DNA of 48,191 nt, filler included, from Streblomastix strix (lineage: Eukaryota): NCBI GenBank assembly GCA_008636045.1. It is 2 parts of 2 records of this genome, joined end to end, with 100 filler letters (N's around TTAATTAATTAA, not from the genome) between each part and the next. Parts side by side here need not be neighbours in the genome. Positions count along the whole stretch, not along the records: positions 24,187 to 48,191 come from SNRW01000250.1; 1 more part is not named here. The stretch is one strand, 5' to 3'. A program made the position numbers and the translations under genes. Of the stretch, positions 25,251-38,780 are shown one piece after another. A model generated the notes under the pieces. That model did no database searches and was not told the DNA's origin. It was given only the letters and a program-made list of their open reading frames with translations. Numbering within the stretch: the stretch's first letter is position 1; every line of letters starts with the position of its first letter.

Positions 25251-26468
25251 GATTTGGTTCAATAGTAACTTAAATTGTAACCAACGATGATTTATTCATT
25301 AATGCAAAAAGAAGAAAAAGAGCTGCATATAGATAAAGAATTGACTTTTTGAGTCAATTAACACACTACTTGAAATGTAATATGATGAAGATTATTACGT
25401 TATTTAATTCATAAAATCGTTATTAAAAATTTTATGAATATTCAGTAATATATGTGCAAGAATATTATTTTAAATGTTTACCTCAATAGCTTATTTTGGA
25501 GTCATAACACAAATAAATCTTGAAAACGATGTAAAATAAAAGGTTGATGATTTAAATTTGAAGATTGATTAGAAATATAACTGGATAAAAGGCAATTGCA
25601 AAATAAATGTATAAGAGAAATTATTTATTCATGAATTTTAGATTGATTTTCATAATAACAGCTTTATTTCGATTAATACTTAAGCTTTCAATAGAAGAAA
25701 GAATTTTCTGATTATTTCTATATCATTTATGCCAAATAAAATGTTGAAAATGTATGAAGGCTCTTTCAAAGAATGGTTTGCTACTGAGTATTGTTCTAAT
25801 TGTTGAATGAAAATTTTTTGTTATAATAATATAACATTTCTATGCATTTATTAAATATATTTTATTTAATTAAAATTTTGTAATAATTTCAAATCTTTGA
25901 AAATTTAATAAAAATGATTAATTTCATATTCTCTGTTTTTTTATTTTCATTGAAATGCAATTGAAGTCGATATTGAAACTGCCTTTTCCTAAATAGATAA
26001 ATATTATTTATTTATTTTTTAAATTATATCTTTTATGAAAGTTGATTGAATATGATGCTTATTGAAAAAGTCAAAAAATAATAAAACAGTAGAATTTGCT
26101 AATAGTTCTTATGCTTTATAAGTTGAATTAATATAAATCAAATATTGGTATTTATACATAATCAAATTGGTTAATAATTTTAAAATTTTCATTTTTGATT
26201 TTGTTTAAATCTTTTTTATTTATTATTTCAAAATTAGCAAATATTTCTTTAAAATATAAGATGTCAGATACAGATTGTAGTAGTACAAATATTAATATAT
26301 ATATATATATATATTCTTTAATTAATTAACTATTAATTTAAGTGAAATATATTGATTTTACAAAAATCTATTTTAGTAGCAATTTTTTCTTTAATTATAT
26401 AATTATATTTATTAAAAAAATAACTTATATTTTGTTAATTATCTATTTACATATTTATATTAGGAAAC

Positions 26469-28479
26469 TAAAGATGAGGATGTCAAATAAAAGTAAGAAT
26501 TACGATCGAAAAAACAAAAGCGAAAACGTGATTCGCTGCCTGCTCCAAACTGAGATTTTAAAAATAAACAACGGAGTCATCGAAAAGTTACAAGCGCTTG
26601 TTCGATAATAAACTTTAAGGTTTATTTGAAAATTTTTTATTAAAATTAATTATTTTTTTGTAGTTAAATCTGTTATGTCATATCCTGGACGAGAAAACCA
26701 ATTCCAGACGATCAGAGATCATGTCCAGATTGGATAACGATAATATATGAGATTTATTCCATGCGATAAATTAGGAGTGCCCATTGTTTCCAACCAAAAG
26801 AAGAAAAGAATTATTTGTAAAAAATTTCAGAATGATATGTTTTGGTTCTGGGAAGATATTAATACAGAAGATTAAGAATAGATAAAGAATCATACTTGTG
26901 ATTTCAAAATTCAATGAACCGTCTAAAAGTCTATGAATAATGTGAGAAAAAAGAGATTAAGGTTCGATATACCAGAATCTACAAATTTTGATATTGAATA
27001 GGAATCCGAAATTGAAGAAATTGCTTGTAGTTCAAATAATTATAGGTTCTATGCGAGTCCAACTCATGCAAAGATATTGCTGATGTATGTTTATGCAGCA
27101 ATAAATGAGCTAAAAAGGTAATACAAGCCTCTATCTTCTCCAAAATTAAGTCAAGATGTAGTGAAATTAGGAATAAAATTTCAATATCAAGAGCTTCTGT
27201 TAAGGAAAGATTTGTATGTTAACTGCACCATAGATGCAGGTACACATGTATGAAGACACTTCACTGTTGGAATTATCATCGTACTTCGTCAACAACTTCC
27301 TCCTTATCCAATTTATCTAAAAGAAATTGTCTGGATAAAAGGCGATCATATCATATTTGTAGAAGAACTACTAAAAATTGCACTTAATTATGGAATTATC
27401 ATTGATAGCATTACAGCGGATGGCGCAATAACATTATAATCTGCATTTCAACCATGATAAATGAAAAATGATGTTATTGGAAACAACAATTAAAAGCAAG
27501 AGAGAAAAATAGTTAAATAATAATAGAATAAATTAGAATAAAAATTTTCTTTAAATGTGTTTTTTAAATAACAATAAATATAAATAATAATTCATCATCA
27601 ACTCTGTCTTTGTCTTCTTTCCAATCTTTCATTCACTCACCTTCTAAAATATATTAATGAATTTAAAGAACAAGTATAATCAACCACAGGGATATAGAAG
27701 ATTTTATTTCGAAAAGTTAATAGAGAATAATATCCAAATCGTATTCTCTCTCCTATTTACTGCAGGTGGATCTAAATATAACGTACTCTAATACTTATAA
27801 TAGAAAACAGAAGATTCATTTACTCACTTCATCTTGATTGAATTTCTTCTGAAAACATATAAAACATTGAAAATTTGTATAATCTTCTTCGACCATTGGA
27901 TTTATTTATTAAGGACTGATCTGCTGATCATATCTCAATAGAACAGATTTTTTCCTTTGCATGCTCAAGATTTTAATCATATGGTGAGTTAAATGTTCAC
28001 AAGAATTACTAATCAAAAGAATGGGAAATAATTCTCCATGAATTGGAATAAGAAAACTATAATCAAATATTCGAGACAAAATTCACTGAACAGATCATTA
28101 TTTCTTATGCGCTATGTCCTTGCGGTGTGGAAGAAATGTCAAGAAACAATCTTCTTTAAAATTCAAGAGATTATACAGATAGTGGAAAGTTTTATCCAAA
28201 TTTATTCAAAGATGTAAAAACAGAAATGTAACTTCCATAAGAACTTTCAAACTCTCAAACATTGCAAAATCAAATGTAAAAATTATTATAATTATAATTA
28301 TTATAAAAGCAAATATAAAAATCATCCTCTTCTCCATAATAGATATAATATTTATCACAGTAATAAACTCAAATTCCATCGCTATTAAAGAAAACAAATT
28401 CATTAATAACAGAAGAATAATCTGAAGAATAAAATTAACCGTAAGAAATTGGATTACACTAGATTTCGGTAAATTCATA
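26469..28479 (+). mobile_element. hAT DNA transposon, left end plus transposase, 3'-truncated
   Basis: Begins TAAAGATG (compare the Ac-type TAGGGATG terminus) and is followed by the transposase frame. Confidence 0.7.
26675..28479 (+). pseudogene. hAT transposase with 5 in-frame TGAs
   Basis: CTIDAGT (D1), SITADG (D2), CLCL (degenerate CxxH), CRW, LLRP. One frame for ~600 codons; C-terminal E region absent. Confidence 0.75.
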
Positions 28480-28726
28480 CACCGCGTAATTCGGATATCG
28501 GCTAATTTGGATTAATTTTTTTGCTTTTATTTTGATATATAGTTTTTTTTATAAGATTTTTTATTAAGAATTAAAAAAAAAATTTTTTTAAAAAAATTTA
28601 AAGAAATTTTTTCTAAAATTTTAATTTTTTTATAAAATTTACTATTTTTTTACATAATCCGAATAATATTTAATTCGAATTAAAAGTTTCGTGCACAAAA
28701 TCACCCGAGTTTTCCGAAATAGAGTG
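28480..28726. mobile_element. Small TA-flanked MITE-like element at the hAT truncation point
   Basis: TA|CACCGCGTAATTCGGAT...ATCCGAATAA...CCGAAATAGAGTG|TA. Imperfect CAC/GTG termini with inverted (A)ATTCGGA motifs. Confidence 0.45.
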
Positions 28727-29784
28727 TATTTCTTTAATAAAATTATTAATAGACTGAAAAGTAATATTTAGAATTTGAAAAAGAACAAATTAATGAGGAA
28801 TAATATTAAAATGAACTATAAAATGGAGAATATTAAAAACTTGAACAGGCAATACCTTCGTAATAAGGAACTATTAAACGAATGGTTCAATTTAAGAGCG
28901 ATTTATCGTTTTAGTCAATAATTGTAAGGAAAAATTGGTGTGAAATTGTCGGATAAGGATTAAACTAACAGATTGACCTATTTGTTCCATAAAAAGAATA
29001 TATTAATTTCTTTCCGATATTATATAATAATTCAAAATTATAATAATAAAACAACGATTTTAAAGGTAATGAAAAATAAATTGAAATATAAAATAAATAA
29101 AAAACTAAAAACTAAATTGATAAAGCTAAGATTATCAAACGGGTAGAAGAACTTTAGGGTGGAACTGCTTTGACAGAAGAGTAGAAAGAATTTTACTATG
29201 AATGCGTTTCATTTTGGGCTAGATTCGCTTTCCACTGAATGATCCGATCAATATTACTTCACTATTATTCTTTATATTAACAATAAATCGATTTTGCAAC
29301 ATAAAATATTATCAAATAATGAAAAAAAAAGAAAAATGTATAATAACTCAGAAATGTTCAATTTTTTAAATAAATATTAGTAAAAATGAATAGATAAATA
29401 TGTTTATATAAAAATAATAAAATAATTGTAATAATTGTATTTTTAATTGGCGTGGTAAGCGATCATGTTTAAAAAAACTTTAAAACCATGATAATTATGT
29501 AACTATTATGCTATATTTTATGTATTCTTAAATGAAATATAAAATTATTTAGAAATTACATCATTTTTTCATGAGATATGGAAGAAATTTAGATTAATTC
29601 ATTTAATGCTAATTCTTAGTCATCCAATGTTGAAAATTCAGCTTAGAAAAAAATGAAACCTTATTTTTGGTAATTTAGCAAATATATTAAGATTGTCATT
29701 TTGTTTCCATATTTTTGGCAAATATCGAGTTTTAATATTTATATATACGATAAACAAAATTACACATTTTAAATTTAATTTTTG

Positions 29785-29900
29785 CTCAATCGGTTCTTCC
29801 TAGCAAATGCCATCTTATTCTGTCCTTGGATCTGTATTATATGTTTCATCTATTGGAAAAAGACATGTTGAATTTTCAAGCAACTGACTCAAGTGTGTCG
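29785..29900 (-). pseudogene. Isolated fragment of the Cys-rich DPR repeat family
   Basis: STCLFPIDETYNTDPRTEQDGICQEEP, the same repeat as in the 34.4-38.5 kb genes. Confidence 0.55.
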
Positions 29901-30037
29901 AATAAAAGAAGATTTTTTAAGTATTTTATATATATTGGAAAAAATGCTAAAACGAACTTTGTTTTACGACATAAACATTAAATTTATTATGGAAAGTATG
30001 CTAATGAGGCTAAAAAAAATTAAAAGATAATTTATTT

Positions 30038-33004
30038 CCAAGGATTTTGTTAAGAAATTTCTGTTATGTAGAAAAAAAATTTTGAGTGGTACCATTATTT
30101 TTAAATTGTATTTTTTAGATATTTGCTAATGGAAAAATTATAAAATTTATGATAATTTATTTTAACTATCATATTTAATAAAATCATCTTTAGAAATAAT
30201 ATTTTTTAACAAAATTTTATAATTTGAAATTAAATTAAGTTTCATTTAATTAAAACTGCAATTGTTTTTTGATTATTAAATTTTATTCATTTCAATCAGT
30301 ACATATCGATTTATAAATTGTTTTTTTTAATTAATTTATTAAACGTTCAGAAATTTCTGGGGATATCTCATTGAAATGTCTAACAAATGCATGTCAGATT
30401 GTATCATTCTTTTTATCTATATTAATATACCTTGTATTAATTGTATATTAAATCATCAATGTATTATTCATATTCAATCATAATCATAAGAATGTAGGAT
30501 TAATCAGCAAATCAAATGAAAAAGTATAAGACAATTAAATAAATATTAGTTGTACTTAATATAATGAGTATGCTTCATCTGTATTCAATGCAATTCTGGT
30601 GCTATATTGTTGAAGTTATTATATCATTGATATTAGTGATTATAATATTCATTTATGTTCTATAATATTCATTTATATCCAACTTTTTAATTGCAATTCC
30701 ATGATTAGTATTCACAAATGCGAGATTACGCAGTGAGATTGGATATACAAATGAAGAAGCTACTCATTCGTTTGTTCCATAAATTCTATTCTTGATATCA
30801 AGTGTTGCGTTAAGCATAAGTCTTTGTATTATATTTTATTTACTTATGAATTTTGTTGATAGTAGAAGATGGCTATTAATAGATGATGGACAACCACTGA
30901 TTGATGTTTAAGGATTGAAACCTAAAACTGAGAATAATAATGATACTTAATAATAATAATAAAATGATAATAATTAATAATAATAATCAAATTAAAATAC
31001 AACATCTAAAGATATTCAAACAAAATAAACAGCAACAATTCAATTCCCTAAAATCAAAGATCCAGATTCAGTAGAACCTTGGGTTAGATTCTTATAACAC
31101 AAAGAATTGAGAGATAAAAGATACTTAGATTATGCAGACTATGTTTGTACAAGAGGATTAAAAAGACAGAAGAGAAATGCTTAACTTCAATTCAAATATG
31201 GAAACTTCATAATTTAATATACAAAGAATAGGATCAATGTTCAATCAATACATAAATTTAAAAGACAATAATATCCAAATTTTTCATTTAGATTTGTGCT
31301 TAACGATATAACAAAGGATAGTAACTCAAAATTATGTGGGTCTGTTAAAAGGAATATGAATGAAATGAATACTTCTATGTTAAATCGGAAGATGGCATAA
31401 GCAGAGAAGTACCATGAAAGTGCTAAATAAGAAATGAAAGATTTCTTTGAAAATATGACAAGTTCACATACTAATTTTGATATAAGATATCGATATTTGA
31501 TGCAGATTGTTGAATTTGAGCAGAAATCGAGATTCTACTATGAAGAGTTGATGGTGCTATAACCAATGAATGCAACAGTGCTTCCTAATTATGCACATTT
31601 TCTTAAGTATATATCACGATGATAATAAAGCTGATATTATCTTATAACATACAGAGGTGCTTGAAGAAGAGAATACTCAGAGTCAGAACTACTCAAAGGG
31701 TGATAATATCGCACATGCAACAGATACACTTATTTTGAATGCTGATATTACATCATCAAATAAAAACAGTTATGAACCAAAAAGTAAATGAAAGACTTAA
31801 CGCAGATAAACTTGATCAACCAATTGCTATATAGAACAACAGCCAGAAATCGAGTAATAGGAAGAAGAAAAGAAAGAATAAAGAAGGTCATAATGAATAA
31901 GTAGGTAGTTCAATAGCAGATCTAACTTGTAGATAAGTTGAAGATAATTCATCAATGAGGATCTTATTAATGAGATAAGTAAAAGTAACTCTTTTTATAT
32001 ACATTGTTGAACATATTTTTGGTGCTGTATAATATTAAATTTATATTAATTGAAAAAGATAAATGATTAAATTTGATATTATATTTAAAAAATTATGAAA
32101 TTTTATAATAATTAATATATAAAATAAATGCAAAACTTATATATTTCATATTTTTTTAAATGTTTATTTAGTCAAAATTATCACTCTGGCTTCATCTACT
32201 ACTCTGAATCTTTTTACATTAAACTTTCTATATATTCATCATACTTTTATATAGATTCTGACATATCCTCCTCATCATCCATTCCAACATCACTGCTATC
32301 AGATTCATCTTCAAAGGAAGATTAATCACTATCACTTCCATCAAATTCATTATTGTTTCCTTCAAAGAATTGTGATTTTGGTTACAAAAATCTGTGCGGC
32401 TCGCCTAGCCAAGCTTATGAAAGTGAATTTGGAACGTTTGAAATAAGAGTAAAGTTGCAATGATGTTTCGAATCAATTTCTTACTTAATTCTAAATTAAT
32501 ACAGAATAAAAAACAGAAAATTTAAAGAATCAAAGAAAAATATATCTCGACTTATTATTTACAGCAAATTTTGCAAAAATAAAATAAAAATTATAATAAT
32601 AATAAAAATATTATTAATAATAATAATAATATAAGTAATAATAATAATAATAAATTATACTTCTGTTTGCTTTTAATCTTTTTTTACATTTTACCTAATA
32701 TAAAAATAATTATATTATAAAAATTTAGAAAAAAATTAAATATGTAAAATATTAATTTAAAATTTAGAATTGAATATATCAATTAATTTTTTAAACATCT
32801 CTAAGATATATTTTTTTCTAAGCAACAGACATTAATTCATTGATCATTGTAAAAACTTGTAGACAATACAAGTGTTAAATTTTTCCTTTTAAATTTTTGA
32901 AAATTGTACAAACTGAGATCATGAAAAATAATTATTTATTTTTTGAAAATTTAGAGTGGCAGCAAAAACGATCCTAAAATGGCTGCTGCCACTCAAAATA
33001 GTCC
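30038..33004 (-). mobile_element. hAT-related DNA transposon, copy 2, internally deleted, with an embedded host gene fragment
   Basis: 30038-30940 and 32050-32416 match 16590-18410. The right end has inverted GAGTGGCAGCA/TGCTGCCACTC motifs and ends ...AAAATAGTCC|TTAA. Confidence 0.7.
30960..32045 (+). pseudogene. Internal fragment of a TmcB/TmcC-like (TPR-containing membrane) protein gene
   Basis: Long open frame PKIKDPDSVEPWVRFLQ...AEKYHESAKQEMKDFF...SRFYYEELMVLQPMNATVLPNYAHFL, then a frameshift, a K-rich linker and a hydrophobic helix. Confidence 0.55.
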
Positions 33005-34406
33005 TTAAAAAAATCAGTGATCTGGATGATGATTGATAAAGTATGATGTGGTGAACCTCAGCAATCAATGCACTCCTTGCAAGTGAAACTACTCTGGCGC
33101 TGTCGGCATAAACGTGTGACATTTCGTTTGGTTGTTTTTCAGCTAGTTCTGAAGTAGACCACAGATTCTCGTATCGTCATTTGTTTAATTCTACTTACCT
33201 CCTCCAATAATACGTAGTACGATCTTACATTTAAATAGTTGAATTTTATATATAAGGTTAAAATTAAAAAAAAATTTGAAAAAAATAATTTTGATAATAT
33301 TATTTAATAACTAACTGTAGAGCAATAACTTAGGATATAAATTTATTCATTAGGTGTATAATTATTCATTTAACAGTGTTCTTCAGGTATTTGACAAAAG
33401 ATATTAGAAAGAAAAAATAAATAGTTTTATAATGTGGAAAATTTTTCACTTTAGTAAAAACGTCAAAAAATGCATATTGAGAAGAACTAAAAATAAAGAA
33501 TGAGTAATTTAAATCATAGATTGATAATAGAAATTGAGGTTTCCCCTTGGCATTAGATAAATTTATTGTATCAAAATGATAATGAATGAGTAGATCTAGA
33601 TAAAAATTTAAAAGTGGAAAAAAATTTTCTCTAAAAAGTAATCGTTTAAAAATTTTTAAAATTTTAGATACTTATCAGTTATAGGATAAAACAAAAGAAA
33701 ACTTAATTTAATTTTTAAAATATATTATTCAAGCAAAAATATCTCTAAAAAAACGAAATGATTCTTGAAATGTACCTAACATATATAATCCGTTAATTTT
33801 ATTTGCATTGATAGCAAATTAAGCATATTTTTTAATAATTTTTTGAATATTACCATGGTTCTATTTTAATTATGTAAATTAATAAATTAAATAAATAAAT
33901 AATAATAATTTTGCTAAATATTTTATATTTATTTGAAATTTGGTTGTGCACATGTGAGGTAATTGATCTTTTAATTTTCACATTTAGCATCTTGAGTGTA
34001 GATCATTCAAGCTTCTATAAATAAGTTCAATATTAAATTCTGTAATAAAATATCATATATGTATAAAATATTATACTTATTTAAAATATAACCTTAATGC
34101 TGAAAAATAATTAACCAATAAAGTTTTTCATTGTTTAAAAAACAACATAATCTTCATTAAAAATAATAGCTCAATATTCAGTTATTTTATTAATTTTTCC
34201 TATATCAACGATGCTAAAAACAATTATTATATATGTATATTAAAATTAAGTAAATTCAAATTTCAATTTGTTATAAAAAGAAACTGAGTTTTCTTGATGG
34301 TTTTAAATTTAATGTCTATAAAATTTATTACCGAAATATGAAATATACATCTTAGATTGCATCAACTATTATTACCATCTGATATTAACGAGTTGTCGTT
34401 AGAGAT

Positions 34407-35020
34407 TCACCACATTGACATCAGAGGGATCAACATCACGGCAGCAATCACACTCCATAAAGCCCTTATTGATCCTGAAGTATCTTTTTCAGTTTCTGGA
34501 TCATTGCAAATACCTCCTTCAACAGTCCTTGGATCTGCCTCATATGCTTCTATGTCTTCTATTGATGGACATGAACAAACAGATGGCAATGTAGTTTCAG
34601 TAACATCAGCGCATTTATCAGGATCCTCTGGAATTGGTTCTTCTTCATCCTTATAATTCTCCAGATTGAATAATACTGACCCAGTATATTATCCAAACTT
34701 ATAGTCTATCTCATCCATATCCCAATGACAATCTCCATATGAATTAGGAACTGCCTTAATCCATTCATTTCCTGCCCAACCAATAATTAGTTCTCTGTCT
34801 TCATTTAATCTGACAACACCAGTTCTGAGGAGTAACTTCTTGAGTGTAACTGCATCAATGTCGTAGAAATAACTTTCTTTAAAACCTTTCATATATGATT
34901 TCAATACTATTTATGTGTCTACGCAAATTTATTTTCAGTTAGGCATATCTAACTCAAAATAACATACGAAAGCATTTCCAGTAGGATTTTTTTCCCACCC
35001 CATAACTGAATTTATTTTGA
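34407..35020 (-). pseudogene. 3' part of a DPR-repeat surface protein paralog
   Basis: LKKLLLRTGVV...LIIGWAGNEWI, one CSCP...DPR...GGIC repeat and the hydrophobic tail SGSIRALWSVIAAVMLIPLMSMW*. One upstream TGA; no 5' part found. Confidence 0.7.
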
Positions 35021-35227
35021 TATAACAAAGGAAATAACTAAGTTCTAGTTCATTGAGTGTATTTAAAACAAAGTTAAATTCTAGTCAATACAAAAATAAT
35101 AGCTACTTCATACAAAATAAAATGGGAAATATAAAAAAACTATATGGCATCAAACAGATCGTCATAACTAACAATTATGATAAATACACATTGTATCTTG
35201 TTAAATTATCAAGTCAATGTTTGTGCT

Positions 35228-37655
35228 TCACCACATTGACATCAGAGGGATCAACATAACAGCAGAAATCACACTCCATAAAGCTCTTATTGATCCCGAA
35301 GCATCTTTTTCAGTTTCTGGATCATCTGGGAGTGGCTCATCATCGCAAATACCGCCTTTGACAGTCCTTGGATCTGCATCATATTCTTCTTTATCATCTT
35401 TAGATGGGCATGCGCAGTCTGTTTTGCTAGTTATCTCCGTAATCACATCACATACAAACTTGTTGCATGCTCCACCTTTCGCGAATCTTGGATCATATGT
35501 AAGCGCTTTTACTGATGGCACTGGACATGGGCACTCTTCCTCAGTTGTCTGTAGAGTAGCTTCTGTCTCACAATCAATTGGGTTAGATTTAGGATCTTTA
35601 TAACAAAGCCCATACTCATTTTATGATCTTGGATCTGCATTGAATGATGTGGAATCAGCAGCTGGAGGGCACTCACATTGGTATCTGCGTGTTGCTGAAG
35701 TAATCTGACTAAAGCAATCAATTGGCCGAAGTGTAAATAAGGATCTGGCGAAATGACCAGAAAAATTAGTTTTATCTTTCTTCAGTACTCCATTTTCGCG
35801 ATAGAAGTAAAGCAAATTTTCACCTTCAAATCCATAATACACTCTTGGTCCTGTAACACCTGGAGAATCTGCTAACACTGGACCAAAGAACTACAATCTC
35901 ACTTTAAGTTCATCTGGATCTAATGTTCTAAATTTAATAAAGATTCCTTACCCACGAGAGGTTGAATATACTGTTTCTTGTGGACTATTTGGGCACATGA
36001 CAGGGCACGCCCTTAAATCTTCTGTTCCATAACATTCCTCGGGTACCACACCTCTTATAAATGTAATATATTCCCAACTGGGGACTTAACCAGATTCTGC
36101 AAATATATTACCGTATTGAGATTTTGTTGGATGGCAGTTCCTGATGTACCAGTATGATGGTTTTATATTGTTTGTACTATTGTAGGCATATAGTACGGAT
36201 GCTTAGAAGTCGTAGAACATCTAATCTACGTACTACATTGGTCCCATTTATTCAGTGCCATATACATCGCTGTTAACCCAATTAAGATTTGAAAAATCAT
36301 CCAAAGGCTTAATCATGTCCAGATTACCAAATTCATCAGCTTTAAATCTTTCTGTGCCTGGAATGAGTTCAACTTCTAACTCTTCGCCACCATATTTGAG
36401 AGAATCACCTTCAATATATTGCTGTTCGAATATCTCAGTAAAGTAAATTCCACTACCGCAAATACCTCTATATTATGCCCTTGGATCTGATTCATAAGCT
36501 TCTTTATCTTCTTTATCAGGACATGGACAGTCTTCTTCAGGTGTATCATATGCGAGGTCATGTTCGCAGTCAACTGGTACATGAGGTGGTGCAATATAGC
36601 AAATACCTCCTTCTGAAAACCTTGGATCTGAATCATATGCTTCAGTATCTTCTGGATCTGGACATGGACATAGATCCGCTGATGTGTTACGCTATATATC
36701 ATCTGTGCAGGTGATGTACTAGTGAGCTACAATATATTCGTAAATTGGTGCAGTCTAATTCATTGTATTAACTTTTGATTTCAACACTCCATTCTCACGT
36801 TATATGTAAAAGAAGTCATATCCTTCCCATCCGTAGTATAAACGATCATCGTGGATATCAAGTACAGGCCCGAAGTTTGCAATTCTTAACTTTAATGCAT
36901 CTCTGCCCATCGTACCTCCATTTGTTAGCCAAAAATCTTTCCCATATTTGTTTTCTGCAAATGTACCTACTTCGCTTGTGGTGCATTCAGTCCGGCATGT
37001 TCGATTTTCTGATGCTTCTGTCCCATAGCATGCTTCATCGATTACACCTGCTAGGAATGTCATCTTAGTCCAATCCTTGACAGTGCCATCTTCATTGAAT
37101 AACTCAATTGAAACGGTTTCTATTCTTGGCTGGCACTCGTAGAGTGAGAGGTAAGACGGAACAATGGTCTATTTCTTGTATAAGTACAGCACAATCGCCT
37201 GAAAGTCATAAAACCCTTTGTTAACATACTGTTTTGCTCCTACCGTTCCTGTTTCAAAGACTGCACTTTCTTTCCATGGAAGAATAGTAAGGTCTGGTAA
37301 AAGGTTTAGATTACCATTAGTATCAGGCTTAAATCTTAATTTTTCATCGGTCAACTCTCTAAGAGTTACTATGTACCATGATCCAGGGAGTTTGAGCTTC
37401 CCATTTTCAAAAGTATACAGTGGAAATGATACACTATCGTTGCTTTACGGCGGAACTATAGTGCTCAGGACCGCAAGTCCAAAGGCAAGTAAAACAATTA
37501 AGAATGACCTGAAAAAATATGAATAATAGTATAAAATTGATTAGTTCAAAAGTTATTGTATATTTTATATTAATTGTTCTTGTTTTGTCCATTCGCGGAA
37601 TATCACAAATTTACACTATCATAATTTAAACATATATATCATTAAGCGCATACAT
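35228..37655 (-). CDS. Secreted/GPI-type surface protein (~760 aa): signal peptide, two degenerate papain-like domains, five Cys-rich DPR repeats, hydrophobic C-terminus
   Basis: 37507-35228 is 760 codons (including the terminal TGA) uninterrupted with TAR=Gln. Begins SFLIVLLAFGLAVLS after a TTTTCAG acceptor at 37509. First exon is uncertain. Confidence 0.88.
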
Positions 37656-37779
37656 GTTGATTTTCTAAGCAATTTACTCAAGTTTGGCTAAGGAAAAATT
37701 TCTCGATCTGTCCCTTTAACTGGAAATATTTTTTATATTTATCTGTATAAGACATTTCTTATTCATTTCCTATAAAAAA

Positions 37780-38780
37780 ATTGTTGTATTTCTGTTTCTT
37801 CAATCATTATGACATCAATATGACCTCTTTGGAACCTCGCCACATTGACTGCTGAGGAATAAACACCACAGCAACAATCACACTTCATATAGCTTTTTAT
37901 TGATACTAAAACTGTTTGAATCGGTTCATAAATACCACCTTAAATAGTTTTTTTAGATTTGTTTCTTTTTCCATTAAATCATTTTTAGATAACACTGACA
38001 ATCTGTTTAGAGTGTTATCTCTAAATATGAAAGCCTACATTTAACCGTTTTTTTATCTGAATTGTATGTTTCATCTGTTGGTTCAAGATATATACAAACT
38101 GATGGAGAAGTTGCTTCTTTAATATCATCGCATTCAAATGGTTATTAGTAACAAAGTCCAATTTGATCCGTTCTTGGATCAGAATTAAATGATGTTTTAT
38201 CTGCAACTGGAGAACATTCGCAATCTTTTCTAGATGTTAACGATGTAATCTTAATTTCACAATCAATAATCGAATCAACATGTTACTGTTAAAATAAGTA
38301 GTTTCCTTATTTTCCATTGTATAATCTTGGTTTAATAACATTTTTCATATAAATATGTACAAGTCCAAAATTTGCTATTCTTTCTTTAAGTTCTGTTTGA
38401 CGCATTGCTTGTAGCAACGAACACATTTGCTCCTCATCTTCGTTTCTATGGTGAACACCATCTTAGATATTAGTAATATGGTTTGCAGTCTTTTTTATTA
38501 TAATTAATTGTAATGTCTAAACTGCAATGTTGATTTATATTATATTATTATAAACTAAATTTTTGTTTATCTAATTTATATGCGAACTTATGAATTATTA
38601 TGAAATTAAATAATCTATTCATTTAATTTGATGGTTCTTTAGATTTTAAACATAGAGTAATCGTAGCTATCCACTTATCTGAAATACAACCTTTTTATTC
38701 TGAGACTGTAACCTATGGCAATGGATCCAGTCAACGAAACCCAAAATATTCACAAGGTGTTAAACATAACATTAAACTAT
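37780..38780 (-). pseudogene. Degenerate paralog of the DPR-repeat surface protein
   Basis: ELKERIANFGLV and IDCEIKITSLTSRKDCECSPVADKTSFNSDPRTDQIGLCY, closely matching the 35228-37655 product; disrupted. Confidence 0.7.

Noticed and set aside
25270..25810. Possible plus-strand gene remnant
   Set aside because: Multiple TGAs and frameshifts with no recognisable motif.
26290..26315. (TA)n microsatellite, and the (AAT)n tracts near 30950 and 32600
   Set aside because: Ordinary low-complexity sequence in an AT-rich genome.
33010..33230. GC-richer minus-strand open frame next to the transposon end
   Set aside because: Short, contains a TGA, and no family is recognisable.
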